A stretch of 64,000 nt of DNA, taken from assembly GCA_017515595.1 (NCBI GenBank), contig JAFWFL010000126.1, positions 1,121 to 65,120 of the forward strand. The letters run 5' to 3'. The stretch's first letter is position 1. Every line of letters starts with the position of its first letter. This DNA comes from Coriobacteriales bacterium. GTDB taxonomy: Bacteria; Actinomycetota; Coriobacteriia; Coriobacteriales; UMGS124. The position numbers were made by a program, and so were the translations under genes. The notes under the pieces were generated by a model. The model searched no databases, had not been told where the DNA came from, and was given only the letters and a program-made list of their open reading frames with translations. Below, in pieces: positions 63,201 through 64,000 of the stretch.

Positions 63201-64000
63201 GCTCCTGTAATTTCTGCGACCATCTGCCTTGTAGCCAATGCCCTAGCCGGGGCTTCTATAACTGCCGAGAAACCCTTGAGTTCAGGCGGAAGCTCCAGGT
63301 ACACCTGACGCTCCGCTGGACCGGACAGAGCTTTTGATGCATGCTGCAACATGCACGTTGCGGGGTCAAGGTTCACCATTGCCCGGGCACGTTCAACCAC
63401 GGTTGCTGCAATAATACCTTTTATTAAAGAAACAGGATCAGTACCTTGTGCAGCCTGGATTGCATACAAAGGCACGCTGTCGCGCTTCTTTTGTTCTGTG
63501 GTTTGCGAAGACTGCGCCTCAGAAGTCTCTTTTGAATCGCCTTCCTTTTGCGCTGCTTCATTGTTTGCCTGTAAAAGTCCTGCCACCGAAATATTTGTTG
63601 CAAGATGCTGCATCAGATGCGCAACATTCTTAGACGGCCACACACCCAAAGGCACACTCTTGGGATGCAGCCACAAACGCATTGCCGGAATCGACATATC
63701 AAGCTCGACTTTCTCGGCATCTGCGGTACTTACAATTGCTTCAAGATAACGCCGTACTAAAGGGGGGATTGGCTTTGTAGCTGCTTTTGAAAGCTCCTCC
63801 ACGTGCTGGCTCGCACAGACATGCGGCTCGGTATCCCAAAGTGTCTGCCTGCTCTGCATCTGGCGAACCACACAGTCGCCTTTTATTGCACTTACGAGCG
63901 CGGTTTTCTCGAGCACTCCAAAAGCATGCTCAAGTATATTGGAGCAGATATCATAAGAAAGCTGCTGGGTTAGCGCTCGCAACGCAGCATCATTTTGTGA
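60221..64000 (-). CDS. Large SF1 (Upf1-like AAA_11/AAA_12) helicase-like protein with coiled-coil insertion and R/S/E-rich tail; N-terminus runs off the window
   Basis: The frame stays open from 63982 to the window edge (no stop in 63983-64000). Helicase-like blocks are recognisable but the catalytic residues are replaced (see finding). Coiled coil at about 62483-62980. Disordered tail at about 60224-61140. Confidence 0.8.
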   Translation of the reverse strand, partial: SQNDAALRALTQQLSYDICSNILEHAFGVLEKTALVSAIKGDCVVRQMQSRQTLWDTEPHVCASQHVEELSKAATKPIPPLVRRYLEAIVSTADAEKVELDMSIPAMRLWLHPKSVPLGVWPSKNVAHLMQHLATNISVAGLLQANNEAAQKEGDSKETSEAQSSQTTEQKKRDSVPLYAIQAAQGTDPVSLIKGIIAATVVERARAMVNLDPATCMLQHASKALSGPAERQVYLELPPELKGFSAVIEAPARALATRQMVAEITGAQFADAAHSRTGVFDMVRTNAADVYFTREASQALRMPQGAWGLAALQLTGEEDLLNAAKLLRTIADGDNGTLRKNGGYLRWEEAKARFLEQLNKVEQLRETLDNVAQALECKESMEATVAQKGAEYQKNKKQLDEYDKRLQQAQADATEASKHLDGLVREISDLETEEQTQKRLSKERKEQIADELLSRRYDLDGARAKLEGAKEVLTQIGAQRAQVAAKLEMLQKHMKNLNARLRAASAVKPSLIAADDDFYDDLIHNEASQHSCPWITAAFDNAREELFYRALQVHKTFIHDTGLERNYRMLASCWEGRVPSGALQEVLPVLLESLFVLSPALITSVDAAPMLLEGIPQRSLGVLVVDQAHLVEPQEIAGSMSLAKSAVVIGDHFVPGIADAALHDLYQALAQEFDTVRAGSVTTALEAAATASRYSSHIGSTHTGIALVIQKDTSEPMFGIANTLGYAQRLISEAPDREDDREYMLPTSCWIDCGGVEHGGKNHAVNEQTDAVLRLLDRAFDVYNTRVVPGLNDQNQAVCVVSPFTSVVKALRRAVRNHWNEQELGIDAEQLEARLTRLIATPQELCGVKADEVLLVLGCDENAVEAIDMVASTPQVIDVSALMAWQRFAVLGSRAVWAQTGRFSAMAELLDTFEESYRVVHALYEEESREDRKSVRAGMVAATAMSATEIALTPRPEPEPEIKLKPYPWLVDAEPEPAPANTPDFLVKRGATAQIPVVQTNTTTERKRQVPKEAREPYPWELEEDATPTSARRRTSRERPKRTVRSEWDRTLEEQREKDPLEDIDSQYANRRPSARKSPERAAQDTSYRDRSVSRRSGYAETDSDAMEERPARRRRVSAYTTPDYDDAPAKQLSSDQTTNDEPQMRPSRRNARDLYGSEEAHIQSERTSRRRRTQVEQEDLYGSTESSGRDRRRSYVLTDEGETPEEQESRRTSRRRRSNREENRLSQETGRNAQQDHISEVPSWLLEQAARKARGEDS

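Overview
This window looks like an Actinomycetota genome, probably class Coriobacteriia. That placement is an inference from gene content only: an FtsA-less dcw cluster with sepF and divIVA, TAT-exported flavin reductases next to membrane LuxR regulators, and many choline-binding-repeat surface proteins. Positions 25-19766 (minus strand) hold a complete, tightly packed division/cell-wall cluster: mraZ-rsmH-ftsL-pbp(ftsI)-murF-mraY-murD-ftsW-murG-murC-murB-ftsQ-ftsZ-pgeF-yggS-sepF-yggT-divIVA. It is followed by a Xer-type recombinase, pyrG and queF. Positions 23.4-42.4 kb form a surface/choline region. It carries two giant acidic surface proteins ending in choline-binding repeats, an AT-richer lic-type choline uptake/activation/transfer module (NSS transporter, wHTH-LicC-LicA fusion, second LicC, BCCT transporter, LicD, GT2), yggU-recQ, and a third choline-binding protein. 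Positions 42.6-49.7 kb carry nudC, an alpha/beta hydrolase, ybaK, a LysR regulator with a TAT flavoprotein oxidoreductase, a RelB/DinJ-YoeB toxin-antitoxin pair and a tandem-TOBE Mop protein. Positions 50-57.1 kb carry an uncharacterised internally duplicated protein and then a three-gene cassette. The cassette (nitroreductase; TAT-exported reductase with two FMN_bind modules plus an FAD domain; polytopic LuxR regulator) is bracketed by two inverted copies of a ~119-bp MITE-like palindromic element. The reductase has a readable promoter with two 17-bp palindromic operators. Positions 57.2-64 kb form a translationally coupled operon: a large SF1-helicase-like protein whose catalytic motifs look decayed (open at the window edge), a secreted transglutaminase-like protein, and a TrmB-HD fusion that keeps an internal SD-ATG. 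I saw no rRNA, tRNA, CRISPR array or transposase gene. The ORF track uses GTG/TTG starts, and several longest-ORF starts were trimmed to starts with a Shine-Dalgarno sequence.
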